From positions 99,572,001 through 99,636,000 of the forward strand of contig OX597818.1 of assembly GCA_951406725.2 (NCBI GenBank): 64,000 nucleotides of DNA. The letters run 5' to 3'. Made by a program: the position numbers and the translations under genes. The notes beneath the pieces were generated by a model. That model did no database searches. It was not told the DNA's origin and was given only the letters and a program-made list of their open reading frames with translations. Shown in pieces: positions 1 to 13,956 of this stretch (position 1 is the first letter of the stretch; each line of letters starts with the position of its first letter). This DNA comes from Octopus vulgaris (Eukaryota).

Positions 1-289
1 ACTATCTTAAATCGACTGTAATACTTATTTTCATAAAGCTGGTACTTATTCTGTGGGGCACTTCGCCAAACCACCAAGTTACGAGGACATAAACAAGACC
101 GACTGCAAGTAATAGTGGGGAACAAAGACAACAAAAATACAATGATGCGCTCACAAACACGTACACATACAAACATACAGACACACACACATACACAGGC
201 ACGCGAACGCAGAGACACAGACACACGCGCATACCACACACACACACACACACACACACTTTCACTCTTTCTCATACACACACATTCTT

Positions 290-330
<41 letters not shown>

Positions 331-480
331 TATATACGACGGGCTTCTTTCAGTTTCCGTCTACCAAATCCACTCACAAGGCTTTGGTCAACCGAGGTCA
401 TAATAGAAGACATTTGTCCAGCTTGTCACGTAGTGGGACTGAATTAAACACCAACTGTTGGGGAAGCTAGTTTACACACA
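1..480 (-). mobile_element. tRNA-derived SINE family A, degenerate copy with internal CA/CT microsatellite
   Basis: Shares 'gacgggcttctttcagtttccgtctaccaaatccactcacaaggctttggtc' and 'gtgggactgaa' with copies at 1430, 45989 and 58314. Confidence 0.8.
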
Positions 481-1073
481 CAAATGCATTCATCACCCAA
501 CCTAACGCCCACCATCCCGTTATTTCCTCTTCATCACCTACGTCCTCTTTCAATCTTGCACTCACATTACAAACACATTACACCTTCAGATACATTATCT
601 TCATCATCATCAGTCATTACACCAGTTCACTTAGAGACTGACATTATGTAATGAAATCATCATTATTGCTATCATTGTGACAAATTTCCATTCATTTGGT
701 AACATATAAAACCATCACACTTTATCATCACAATGTAATTATCCTCATTATTATTAATATTATTATAATCACACCTACATATCCACTGAAAGATATCATG
801 TAATCTTCCTTATGCCGTCATCGTATTTATAATCATTGTTATGACACCTTCACACGTACACGGTGACATTGTGCGCTATCCTCCACCTGCCTTCCTCCTT
901 CCACTCCCTTTTTCGTCGTCCCCCCTCCTCCTCCTCCCCCTCCTCCCCCTCCTCCTCCTCATCATCATCATCGCCGCCGTTGTTGTCTTCGTCGTCATGT
1001 TGAAGGCAGTGACCGTTGAAGTCGTCATAGCTCTCGACATCATCATCAAAACGTCGTCGTCGTCATCGTCATT

Positions 1074-1106
<33 letters not shown>

Positions 1107-1429
1107 TTCACTTTCTCATCATCGCAGCAATATTATTATCAACATCGTCGTTGTCGCCAATATCACCATTATAACGGTCAGCATAGTATACACCATGAAC
1201 ACCCACACATATTAACCCTATTAAGTAACCTATGCTGTAGCATCTGCAGCATACAATAATGCCACAACCGTCATCAACATGATATTGACAATTGACTCCG
1301 TTTCGTCAATAACAACAAAATTATGTTCATGATACACTAAAAGTATGACAGGCACACGTCGTATGCGGAGGCAGTGTCATTTGACGGAAACATGACAGCG
1401 TCATCATTGTAGTTTTCAGAGTTAACATG

Positions 1430-1681
1430 CTATTCTTTTACTTGTTTCAGTCATTTGACTGCGACCATGCTGGAACACCGTCTTTAGTCGAGCACATCGA
1501 CTCCAAGACTTATTCTTTGTAAGCGTAGTACTTATTCTCTCGGGATCTTTTGCGGAACCGCTAGGTCACCAGGACGTAAACACACCAACATTGGTTGTCA
1601 AGCGATGATGGGGGTACAAACACAGACACACAAACATATATACATACATACATACATACATACATACATACATACATACAT

Positions 1682-1729
<48 letters not shown>

Positions 1730-1860
1730 ACACACACACACACATATAGGACGGGCTTCTTTCTGTTTCCGACTACCAAATCCACTCACAAGGCTATAGC
1801 AGAAGACACTTGCCTAAGGTGACACGCAGTGGGACTGAACCAAGAACCATGTGGTTGGTG
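1430..1860 (-). mobile_element. SINE family A
   Basis: Runs from the tail 'tcttttacttgtttcagtcatttgactgcg' to the head 'gtgggactgaacc..aaccatgtggttgg', with an internal (TACA)n(CA)n tract. Confidence 0.9.
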
Positions 1861-2034
1861 TGGAAAAAAGTATACCCTTATTCTAAGATTTGTTGCCTCT
1901 TTAACCCGCTGTCCATCGAGAACTCGTTCTATTATTTGGCCGAAAACTTGTTGAATTTTGGCTAACATAACCCATCGGTTTATGTGTTATGTTTATTTTC
2001 AAAGACCTAAACGTAAATGCTTGAAACTGTTATG

Positions 2035-2190
2035 AAGTCGTCTCTCCAAAGTCACTCGATCTGTTAGAAATAGCAGCCGAAATTTCTGTCAAATTATGTT
2101 CTAGCGTTTTAAAATTAGAGACGCTAGGTAATATCGGACTGGATTCCCTGAGTATTAGAAATGAAGGAAGAGAGTCACGGCTACATAAAA
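2035..2190 (+). repeat. Degenerate interspersed repeat (family E); further pieces at about 4040-4155/4400-4490 (-) and 4990-5180 (+)
   Basis: Shared motifs 'tagaaatagcagcc' (reverse complement 'ggctgctatttcta' at about 4427), 'ggtaat(g/a)t' and 'gtca(c/t)gg(c/t)t'. Confidence 0.5.
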
Positions 2191-2290
2191 ATCTACTGAC
2201 GCATTTATATCTCTCTTTACAATCTATCGCTCTTGCACTCTATCCGTCTCTCTGTCAATCAATCAATCAATCAATCAAACAATTAATTTT

Positions 2291-2363
<73 letters not shown>

Positions 2364-2378
2364 ACGTGTACAAACATC

Positions 2379-2429
<51 letters not shown>

Positions 2430-2633
2430 CTTACACACACACATACATATTCACGTACATGCATGGTTACACATACATATTCGGATGCGATTGTTCGTTA
2501 GACATACATACCACGAAAACTAGATAAAAGAACTAAACACTAGTTAATCTAAGTTCATCTTTAGGCTGTGGAAAGCAAAGAGTTCAAAAATAAAGGCGAG
2601 CGTGTTATTAAGTTTTGACTGTTCGTTAGATCT

Positions 2634-2674
<41 letters not shown>

Positions 2675-3322
2675 CACAGATCGAAACTCACACGTGAAGA
2701 CACGCAGGGACATACAAACACGCGTATACAAATACATTTATACTTTCATTGTTATATATATAAATACGTATATATTCAGATTGTATATGAGTATATCAAA
2801 TCATATCTATTTTTTTCTTTAGTAGTTCGTAATATGCAGGGATAGACGCATTTCTAAGGGGGTTTCAGCCAGTGTCAAATCAGTACAGTTGATACGGGTC
2901 AGTTATTGAAGGAAACTGGCGCCGTTGGAGAACCAGGGAGGGATACAATGTTCGGATTCATCTTATTCTACACAGACATTGCTTACATATACACACACCT
3001 ACTTATACACTCACAGAAACATGGAGACACTAAGGAGTTAATATACGCACACAAGCATGTTTGTGTTATACGCGTATGTGCACACGTACATAATTATGAA
3101 CGCGATTCGAAAATAAAGATTCACACACACGTAACTTTATATTTATCAATGGAGTGTGTATACACGTGCGTGAGTGTGAACTTACACAAATAAATAGGTA
3201 GATAGATAAACATACACACACATATACAGACACACTTATATATGTATATATATATGAATATGTATGAATACATATATATACATACATATATATATATATA
3301 AATATATATATATATACTCTCG

Positions 3323-3326
<4 letters not shown>

Positions 3327-3392
<66 letters not shown>

Positions 3393-3393
3393 A

Positions 3394-3439
<46 letters not shown>

Positions 3440-3448
3440 CCTATCTAC

Positions 3449-3498
<50 letters not shown>
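3327..3498. repeat. (ATCT)n microsatellite; similar arrays at 2291, 16831-17295, 29409, 29810, 37287 and 54075
   Basis: Direct tetranucleotide repeat. Confidence 0.95.
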
Positions 3499-3703
3499 GT
3501 TTCTGTTTCTGTACTTTACATATAGATGCACTAAGTAAACTAGTATGTTATACGAAGAGCTGTGAAAGTAATTACAAATGGGAGAACGGCGACGCCATTG
3601 CATGAATGATGATTGCTTCACGAATGACTTCGGAAGTGAATGCTTGACTTCGATACTGGATTGAAGCCATCGAATGTAACGCGAAAGTTTATTATTGGTA
3701 TAT

Positions 3704-3710
3704 AATAATG

Positions 3711-3783
<73 letters not shown>

Positions 3784-3815
3784 TAATAATAATATTAATA
3801 ATAATAATAATAATA
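3704..3815. repeat. (TAA)n microsatellite
   Basis: Direct repeat. Confidence 0.95.
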
Positions 3816-4155
3816 AAGCACATCTGTGACAATATAATTAAGATGAATGAGTTGTAGAAAAAATGTAGAAAATAAATGGAACAGGAGAAATATATGACGT
3901 TCAAAAAGTCAATGAATGGTAACAAAAATACTCTTTTACTTGTTTCAATCATTTGACTGTGGCCATGCTGGAGCACCACCTTTAGTCAGATAAAAGGAAT
4001 ATAAATAAATAAACGATTAAATATAAAAAAAAATTGTGAGATCGATGTTGTGATTGTTATTGAATAGCAGGCTAATCTTGATATAGCAGATCTATGTGCA
4101 AGGATATTGTACCCGCGACCATCCCATCTTCTTGTAAATCAAGGACAGCATTATT

Positions 4156-4357
4156 TTCTTATTTCTTTACTGCCCACAAGGGGCTACACACAGAGGGGAC
4201 AAACAAGGATGGGCAAACTGGTATTTATTTAATCGACCCCGAAAGAATGAAAGGCAAACTCGACCTCGGCGGAATTTGAACTCAGAACGTAGCGGCAGAC
4301 GAAATACCGCTAAGCATTTCGCCCGGCGTGTTAACGTTTCTGCCAGCTCACCGCCTT
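4156..4357 (-). mobile_element. tRNA-derived SINE family B
   Basis: Minus strand reads 'ggcggtgagctggcagaaacgttaacacgccgggcgaaatgcttagcgg...gagttcaaattccgccgaggtcg', with A-box and B-box-like motifs; many copies in the window. Confidence 0.9.
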
Positions 4358-5423
4358 TGATCACTTTGAAAACATTATTTTCTATCATTTTAATGCAAGA
4401 CATTAAGGTGAACTCGGGAGAAATTTGGCTGCTATTTCTAACAATGTTTTGCGGCTACGCAGAGGCTTCCTCCTTAGCTATGTAAACCGTGAAGTGTTGA
4501 AATAGTAGATAACATGTCTGCTAGTTATATAAAGCTTACAAAAGTTTTTAATAACCTTGTATGAGATTTCATACAAGTTATACTGAAGTGAAGATCTACC
4601 AAGGGACACATGTAGAAAGAAAGGGTAAAAGAAAAAGTTAAGGTACATTAAGTCCACAGCGGGATGTATCCCTCTTTATGCATGTTGTTTTTAGTTGGAC
4701 AACTGATTTGTCAACGCTACTGTTCCTTCTTTACGCTCAATCGGTGCTCTGCCAATCTTTATACTCGTATATACCAAATGAGTGGAATAGGGCTGCCCAG
4801 GGAGAAAACGCACATAGAGGACTTGGAATCCAACCCTGTTATGGTGGAGAGCCCAGTTGCATAACCACTCGACCATGTACCTTCGATGTGCAGAAATAAC
4901 CAGCATTAGCTCAAGTCGGATAACTGCCATGATTCGAACTGACAGCACCCTCGTTCGACTGCAACAAACGAATGCAACAACGGCGTAACGAGGAAAGTCC
5001 TCATTTCGTCAATCAATCTACTGGAACTAAGAACCGGAATGCTTCTGAAACTACACCCTACTATTTAGAAACATTGGGTAATGTAGTCCTTGATATACGA
5101 AACGATGAGAGGGTCATGGTTGGCGCATGTTTGATTATAGGAATACTCGATCGAATTTGATCTGTAGCTATGCAAAACAACACAAGCTGATTAATATTAG
5201 TCTCGCAACACCGTGTCATTGAGAATATTCAAATCATGCCAGGCATAACAGTGTTCGGTATATATCTCAATACATCACGCTACAATACTCACAAAATTAA
5301 GCACAAGCACACGTATACGTATGTGTAGGAATAGGAAACAATGGGATACTTGTGAAGCATGAATATTTCATCTATCTTCGTTGTTTCTATTAAGCTTTCA
5401 CAACACTGATAGCAAAAACAGAC

Positions 5424-5460
<37 letters not shown>

Positions 5461-5464
5461 TCTA

Positions 5465-5514
<50 letters not shown>

Positions 5515-5602
5515 AATATATGCGGGTATATATTTATACACACATACACACACGCATATGTATATGTTATATATATGTATAAATAACATATGCATATATA
5601 AA

Positions 5603-5652
<50 letters not shown>

Positions 5653-5800
5653 TGTATATATATTTGTATACACATATATGCGTGCGCGCGCCTGTATGTA
5701 TGTATACAGAGTCAATAACAACAATAATGATCTAAGAGTTGCAAGGGTAATTGGGAATAATTATGAAAACACAAATCAAAGAAATTTCTTTATCTCTTAC

Positions 5801-5875
5801 TGATCGTGTCGGCTCTTTTCTCCGTGTAGATGTGCTGGGCGAGTTCATAGATGCTTGAGGTCAGTCGACTGACAC
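5801..5875 (-). CDS. Candidate internal exon of an unknown host gene (75 nt, phase 1-1): xVSRLTSSIYELAQHIYTEKRADTI
   Basis: Acceptor tttcttcttttctcttcttag and donor gtaaga; length divisible by 3; only one frame is open; GC-richer than its flanks. Confidence 0.6.
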
Positions 5876-6465
5876 CTAAGAAGAGAAAAGAAGAAATATT
5901 AGTCGGACTGACAGCTTTATTTGATCATAGATACACAAATAAACTAAATGTCGAGTAGATGAATAAATAACTGAATAGTGATTATACTGTTTTGTAGCCG
6001 AAAATCAAATGTTTGAGGGAAAACTTCATCTTAATTGAGTATTAAATAACTAAAATGTGTGATTATTTATGTATATATATATTATATAAAATCCGTTCTG
6101 TCTGTGTGTGTGTGTGTGTATCTTCTAGGATCTCGGGCATCCTCCATCCGATTGTGTTCAAATTTGATATGTAGATACCGACGGTATCAGGGCGTATATA
6201 AGTCTTTAAAAAAATCACAAAAATCGATTCCAAGTGAGAATGCGATCGATAAAGCCGTGGGAACATTCATTTGTACGCGCAAGTACATCAGCTAGTGCGA
6301 TTGATACTACGCGTGCGCGAGAAAAATGCACTTGCTGTTTGAGCAAAGAAAGCTGGCTGACCTGAAATAATGCCACAAAATGGGCCGATCGGAGTTGTTT
6401 TGAGAAAATTTGGTTTAAATGTTTGACAACTCAGCACCGTCCATTGGACGGCGGGCGTTTTGCCC

Positions 6466-6504
<39 letters not shown>

Positions 6505-8404
6505 AGCAGAATTCGTCCTATTTCTCCGGACAGCCACATTAGTTTCGCAATATATACATTTATGTATGTGTGTGTGTGTGTGTGTGCGTGCGTGCGTGCT
6601 TGTGTGTGTGCGTGTGTGTATGCATGCATATGTATATGTGTGCATATTTAATTTAATGTCATGTAGGGCAGGCAGCCAATAGTTAACTTAGTGCTAACAT
6701 ATTCATTATAGGTACATTAAGAAGAGAATTACAGAGGGTCTATAGAATGAGAGAAAACTATTCTAATCAATAACTTATGATATTATTTTAATTACTTTTG
6801 TCAGTATCAAAGGGAACTATAGGCAGCTTTTGGTATTATTCTGACATCAGCAGTGAATCATGGCCGCGTAAATATACATTGACTACCGTAGGAAAATAGA
6901 ATTACTTTAAAGAATAAATAATTCGAAGACTCCATCTACACCAATCCACACATGTGCGTACACACGCACTCTGCTGTGCACACATAAGTGAGAATTTGAT
7001 GAAGGAAAGCTACTCAGTAGTGGACGTAGATTATAATTATTTAAAATTGGTCAGCCAAAGCTGAGTGACTGAAACTGCCAGTTTCAACAAAAGCTACTAC
7101 GTATATTTTCACGGACGGAATATACGCTTATGATTGGTTACTAGAGTACGAAATATGATCTCGGAGAATATCCTTACGGAAGACATGTAATGAAAGCTAG
7201 AAATAAATATAAAATTGTCAATATTGACAAGCGTATAATATTTTCATGATCAAAGATGAAACTATCTATCTTGGAATGACCTAATTTATTTATAAACACT
7301 TTGAAGAAACGTGGATTTTGCATCACTGAACTATTTCATATGATCCACTTTTACACTAAATTAGGCGTCTGAATGTATCTCAAATTGTCGGAATGTCATC
7401 AAAGCTCCGTTAATAAGCATAAAGAAAGGAAATCCTGATTTACCAAATGAAGCTTCCCTCTATCAAAGATCCATCTCCTCTTTAACCGTTATAACATCAA
7501 TTGCCTGCTTTTGCCCAATTCCCACCTATGAGAATAGTTCATCATCGTATATGACATATTGCGTGAGACCCAGTTAGAAATTTAAACTTTCAGTTACGAA
7601 AGCCACACACTTATATAGACAGCAATTTACACATCTATAAACAATTCAAATACAACTATAACTCCATTTATTACAGTACACATACAGATAGACACATATT
7701 AATTCATACACATATATCATTACACTCATGTTGCATAGAAAATAAGCTAAACATAGAACTACATTCATATTCATGCGAATAGAAATTCGAACACACACAG
7801 AGACGTATACACACATACAAACATAACGCATACGCACATACATACATAAACACAGATAACTGTTGAGAGAATTAAATTCTTTGCCTTATAAGCAATTCAT
7901 ATAACTTGCCAAGACGAGAGTTGAACTTTAGCCAGAAGAAGAAATGTCGATCGTAACTGTTAAGATATAATGTAATTGATATTAAGCCGGTTATTTTGTC
8001 TCCAACTTCAGAGATGTCAGCTGTAGTTTTGTGGATTGTCACTGAGTGACAGACACTCATAACTTATTCATAACTCATCGACGCCATTACTTAATACTAT
8101 GGCCAATACAGCTGCAGTTTTATTATGCAGACATCCGTTATAGTAATGATAATGATGTGTAAAAAGGAAAAGAATGACGATGAATAAAATTATGATAAAC
8201 AGATTTTACTCGATATCCTCGTAATTTTAATTTCCCGAGTTCAAATTCCACCCGAATTAAGTTTGCCTTTCGGTCACCCGTCTGTTGGAATAAATAATAA
8301 CCAAGAACCGAATCGATTTTAAATGAATATACTTCCTTTCTGGCGCTAAAATCCGCAACATTATCTGCTAACATCTATAGCAACGACAAAAAAAAAGTAA
8401 TAAT

Positions 8405-8612
8405 TACTTCTAATTTAGGTACGAGGCTACCAATTTTAAGGGAAGTGAGCTAGCCGATATTATCGAACCCCTATACTTGTCTGGTACATTATTTTATGGA
8501 CCCCGTTTGGGGTGAAAGGCAGAGATGACCCTGATGAAAATTGTTCTCAGTTCGTTGAGGAAGAACAAATGCTGCAAGACATTTTTCAGACGATTTAACG
8601 ATTCTGCTAGCT
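8405..8612 (-). mobile_element. Degenerate SINE family B (another degenerate + copy at about 8190-8370)
   Basis: 'ctggtacattattttatggacccc...gaaaggcagagatgacc' matches the family B core. Confidence 0.65.
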
Positions 8613-8615
8613 CGC

Positions 8616-8658
<43 letters not shown>

Positions 8659-8689
8659 TTAATAATAATAATAATAATAAAAGTAATAA

Positions 8690-9347
8690 TTATATTCACT
8701 GGGTAATTTGCAAAAACCTGGATTTGTCCCATGAAAAAAATGGTGGGAACACAAACCACCTCCAGTGCTTGAAAATGACCACATCTCACTCCTCTGAAAC
8801 TTCACCATTCAAACTGACAGAAAGATAGATGCGAATAGGCCAGACATCATATTGAAAGACTTCAGACAAAGAACATGCCTCCTCATTGATATGACTGTCC
8901 CAATCGATGTAAACGTATCTGTCAAGACCTACCAAAAACTGAGCAAATATAAAGATCTTGAAATAGAAATCAGCAAAATGTGGAACCTGAAGACTAAAAC
9001 AATATCTGTTGTCATAGGTGCCCTGGGAATGATAGCAAAAGGGGCTGATTGCTACCTAACTCAAATACCAGGAAACCCCAAAATGGCAGAAATTCAAAAG
9101 ATAGTGCTCATGGGAACTGCTCATATCCTACGCAAAATACTTTCTATGTAATCTCAAGTTTTAAAACAAACATAATTTTTGTATGTTTTTTTCTTTTTAG
9201 ACATTCACTAGTACAACACTAAATACAAAACCAAATATATGGCACACTAGGCATAACAACAACATGAACTTCCAACCTGTTGTCTCTTGAGGTCTCTGGG
9301 TGAGACTTGGAGTCAACTTGTACAAATATAAAGCAAAAGTCAAACAC
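8690..9347 (+). mobile_element. 3' end of a Dong/R4-like non-LTR retrotransposon (restriction-like endonuclease domain plus 3' UTR)
   Basis: Translates to HWVICK..WWEH.P..VLEN....L*NFTIQTDRKIDANRPDIILKD...LLIDMTVP...K.SKYKDLE.EI.KMW...VVIGALG, a PD-(D/E)xK RLE motif; flanked by (TAA)n. Confidence 0.85.
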
Positions 9348-9390
9348 AATAATAATAATGATGATAATAATAATTTCTTTTATAATAATA

Positions 9391-9633
9391 GTAAGCAGTT
9401 CCGGTCGATGAAAAAAGGTGGTAATAGTACCAATAATTGTCGGAGCCCTGGGAACAGTGAGTAAAAATCTCGAGAAGTACATGGAACAAATAGGGGCTGC
9501 AATAAAGGTGGAACACTTGCAGAAAACAGCACTGCTTGGAACCGCTCGAAAAATAAGAGGTGTTCTCTTAGTTCACTGCTAGTGAACAGCTGGCACCGTA
9601 GTACATCTCCAGCCTTAGAAGCTGTGCAAAGGC
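9391..9633 (+). mobile_element. Second Dong/R4-like 3' fragment (different subfamily)
   Basis: Translates to MKKVVIVPIIVGALGTVSKNLEKYMEQIGAAIKVEHLQKTALLGTAR, followed by (TAA)n. Confidence 0.8.
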
Positions 9634-9673
<40 letters not shown>

Positions 9674-9726
9674 GTAATAGTAATAATAATAATAATAATA
9701 ATAATGATAATAATAATAATAATAAT

Positions 9727-9800
<74 letters not shown>

Positions 9801-9804
9801 TAAT
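9634..9804. repeat. (TAA)n array
   Basis: Direct repeat. Confidence 0.95.
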
Positions 9805-9900
9805 AAGAAAGTAACTGTCATTCCAGTAGTTGTTAATGCATTGGGGACATTAACAACGAGATTTGAAAAATTTGATGGAGAAACTGGGATATTTATATAA
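9805..9900 (+). mobile_element. Third, degraded Dong/R4-like 3' fragment
   Basis: Translates to KKVTVIPVVVNALGTLTTRFEKF. Confidence 0.65.
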
Positions 9901-10299
9901 GCATCATCATCAACAATGACAGCAAAGACGTTACACTCATGAAAGAGAAGCAGGCGCTTTCATTGCTCAAAGACTTAAAAAGTGTTGCATGGCTGCTATG
10001 TCAGTAAATGACAATAGCAGTATTTTTACAGCAACACGACCAAAACTATCACAATAGCAACATTACATTAAATAACATATAAAAATACCCCAAATATCAC
10101 AACATAATATTACACCATGTTAAGAAAATAATATTCAATCTGAATAGGAGTTATCAGGGGAAATTTAAACAAAGAAACCGCTTGTGGAGACACCTATAAC
10201 CAGATTGATGGACGGAATACCTATCTCTCCATAGTTACAAGGGAAGTAAGCCTTTTTAACCTTCCTCCTCCTGTCTAACTTAGCCTTATTTTAAGTAGA

Positions 10300-11080
10300 C
10301 AGTATTAATGCTCGTGACATGGGATTACCATAGAAGTAGGGGTATCTGATCTACAATGTCAGATTACTAGATATAGATATGGTGGCCATCAAAGAGACCA
10401 GAATTTTCCAGTCAAGAGTTGGGACACCCATTTTCGGTAGATACATAATGTACACACATCTAAATCGACCAGAATTGTGAAGTGGAGTGTTTGTGTTATT
10501 CGAAAGGGCCTGAGGCTCACGATACCAGTTATTTTTCTGTACTCAGAAAGTTGGTGGTCCTGGGTGTGAGCCGTGGCGAAAATATTGCCTTCAGACTAGT
10601 AGTTGTATACATCCCTACAGATTTTTTCAGACAGTTTCCCTTGGATAGTTTTGCGCTTTCGTGTTAGTGGAGACTATCTTGGATGCACATTTTGACTACA
10701 TGAGACAAGGTTGCAAAATCCTCAAAAACCTGTTCAGACTTTACTACTGCTGACCGATGCCGAAAGGATTACCTGAATGTGCCAGTGTAGACATAAAGAA
10801 ACTGTATCGGGCCATCTATATTATTTGTAGATAGGGTATTCAGTTGTCAGTAGATGAGAATAACATAAGTTGTCTTCAGTTAAGCATCATTGGCTAAACT
10901 GATCTCAAATTTGTGATTTGTACAGTCGACCTAAATGAGCTTCGCATCCAGGAACTTAGTAAAAAGAAGTGAATGCGTCTCTTCCGGTGCAGCAAGCTTC
11001 CAGAAACCGTATTTGGCGAATTAGCTAGGCGGGCGTTGATGGTGGGCGACAATCACCAGACACGAAATTTGGTTCGCATT
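10300..11080 (+). pseudogene. Decayed APE endonuclease region of a Tx1/L1-like LINE
   Basis: Ordered motif remnants across frameshifts: SINAR, VAIKET, AFRLVVVYIP, LV-GD-like..ILDA, DRV, TDLK. Confidence 0.65.
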
Positions 11081-11100
11081 GTAAAGGCCTTTCCTCTCAC

Positions 11101-11180
<80 letters not shown>

Positions 11181-11184
<4 letters not shown>

Positions 11185-11435
11185 AGTATTACCTTTCTTT
11201 GCATAACAGACGGACAGAACAGCCAGACCGCAGTTAATCCAAACATGAAAACACGAAGAGAAAACACAACAACCCGAGGTCATGGAACAAGTATAATGTT
11301 ATTGGACGCTCAGGAAAGGAAAGAAAGAAGGAGGATTTAACATCTCGAGCGGAGCTCTTCGTCAGAAACATAGAAAAAGGAAAGATCCAAGGAAGGGAAG
11401 ACGGAGGAAAAAATTGCCAACGATACACACGCGAG
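11181..11435 (-). mobile_element. Short TA-associated element with a degenerate minimal hammerhead (11335-11369); same family as 19290-19478
   Basis: Minus strand: gttt-CTGACGA-a-gagc(tcc)gctc-GAGA-tgtt-aaat. Homologous to 19290-19478 ('gtatcgttggc', 'cctgagcgtc'). Confidence 0.7.
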
Positions 11436-12239
11436 ACATACAACTCAATGATGATTGAAAAATTGGACGTCTACAATTATGCTTAACATGTTTGTGTACT
11501 CTGAAACTGTGAAAAGTCCTCCATTACGGAAAATGTCTTTGGAACACCATTCTTCTTCACAACAATGCGTGTGATAAAGCGAAAAAAAAAAAAACAACAA
11601 AGAAACACTGAGCCTAAAATGGCGCTTTGCGTCATAGTTTATGCGTCGTAACGTTTCATCAGCTTTAGATACCGAATCCGTCATAGGCCACTATGAACCG
11701 CCGCTCTTATATTTAAACAACAAATATTACATTTCCTACATTTCCTAGTTGCCTCAGATGTTTTATTTATCACTTTCCCTCATAGTGTGATTATGTTCCA
11801 TTTCCTTTATATTGTAGTTCTTTTCTTACTACCTGGACCTTTGTTTCTCTACTTTTCTGACAACTCCGCATCACTCCTCTATTCTTTCTTTTTATTTTAT
11901 ACATCAATATTATCTCGTTTGGTAATTTTTTCACATCCCCGTTGATTTGCTGAAGACACTTCTCTTTCTTCGTTTCCCACTTCTCCATGTTGAATCGTTG
12001 CTTCTCTCGCTTTTGTTGTTGTTTTCTTCATCTGTTTTTTTAATATTTACTTCTTGGTATTTTTCTTTTTCTCTTCCACGTCCGCCTTCTTTCTAATTCC
12101 AGCCTCACCACTATCCCTAGCGTCATTAGAACCACCATCAATATTACGTTTACTCTACCAATTCACCTCCTATCCACCTTATACTTCACATCATCAATGG
12201 CACCGTCACCGCCGTCTTTGCCATCACCACCACTACCAC

Positions 12240-12280
<41 letters not shown>

Positions 12281-12840
12281 GTTTCCTCTCTTCTTCACCA
12301 TCTTACAGTGACAAATGAATTGATGTATTAAAATGTTAGGCATTAACCCGGATCAAAGAGTATTATCTATGAAAGCAATATGGAGATATGTAGAGGCGGA
12401 GTTAAAATGACTAAGCGATGTGGAGAAAACGGCAGAGAGGAAAGGAAAGCGAGAGCAAGAACATGATAGATACATAGAGTAACAGAGAGAGAGAGAGAGA
12501 AAGACGACGAGAGGGTGTACATGAGAGAGAATCTGTACGAGAAAGGAAGAATAACATGGCTAGAAGATAGCTGCACGAGTGTTGCTCAGATTAAATCAAA
12601 CACCATCCACAGTTTAATCTGATATGTTACTGTCAGATTCCATTAAATGGTTATCCCTATTCAAACACCCGTATCTATCCATTCATATCTATGCATATGC
12701 ATGTTGGTTTATTTGCCAATCTATTTGCTGTCTGCCTGTCTAGTTATGTACGTATGTACGCACGTGTGTATGTACCAAATGTTTGCATGTATGTCGGAGT
12801 GTAAGTATGCATGTATGCACGTAATATTTGCATGTAAGTA

Positions 12841-13075
12841 AGGCAGGAAGTCGGTAGAATTGTTACAGCACGCCGGGCAAAATGCTTCGTGGTTTTCGTC
12901 TGTTTTTACGTTCTGAGTTCAAATTCTGCCTGGGTCGACTTTGCTTGTCATCATAACGGTGTCGATAAAAAATTTAAAAAATGAAAAGCGAAAAATAATT
13001 AAGCACTTGGATCGATGTAATCGACTGGCCTCCTTCTATGAAATGTCTGGCTTAGTGCCAAAATTCGAAATCAAT
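12841..13075 (+). mobile_element. SINE family B
   Basis: 'cgccgggcaaaatgctt...gttctgagttcaaattctgcc..gtcgactttgc'. Confidence 0.85.
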
Positions 13076-13956
13076 ATTTGCATGTATGTATCTAATATTT
13101 TCATGTTATGTAAGCATGTACGTATGTATTTTTAAATGTATAAACTTAATATTTGCATGTAGATGTGTATGTTCGATTATATGTATGTACATAGTGTCAG
13201 GATACTCATCTCAGTACAGCATGTGAATGATTAGATCGTCACCGACTATATCAGTAACCCCACCAAGTTTGCTTGTTGAGAAGAGTAATTTTTGAAAACA
13301 TGAGGGATTAATATCAACATCTGTCAAACTGGTGAATTCAGAAAACTCAACGTCTATTCAATAGTGTGTATTTATGCATGTACATATACATATATATGTA
13401 TATACAAATATGTGTATTTTTACAAGTGTTTGCAGATGCATATGGAATACGATTCTTTTAATAGATAGCTGCAGTGCTTGTTGCCCCTTTTGATTTGCGT
13501 TGCTAACAAAATGACTCTGAACATTCAGGAAATTTTCTTCGGAGTGTACAAGCATTTATCGATATAAAATCTAATGTGCTGATTTTTTTGTGTCTGGACT
13601 TTTTGAGGCGCATATTAAAAGTCGAACTTGTCAGCACCACAAACAGAGAGTAGACCTTGCTTTACGTTGGTCGGGGTATATGGCCTCTGCAAAAATGAAA
13701 TACCGACATTTCGATAGTTTCCATACCCGTTAGAGTGCAATGAAAGTATAGAAAAGGTACGAACAGTGGTGATCTTTCGATTGCTCGCGGGCCTGCATTC
13801 CTCGTTTAGATGCCATTAGTTTCATGTAGGTGGAGTTTAGGTCTTGGCAACAAAAAGAGAGAATAGCAGGTAAATTATACACACTAGTGAGTGAACAGCT
13901 GCCATGTTGGTATCAAATTTATTATATATCTTACAACATATGTCGGTTACTCAGAA

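Noticed and set aside
7444-7525. Minus-strand exon-like segment
   Set aside because: Stops in all three frames.
13420-13700. Minus-strand acceptor tttcatttttgcag with downstream unique sequence
   Set aside because: Early stops in all frames and no strong donor; could be UTR but unsupported.
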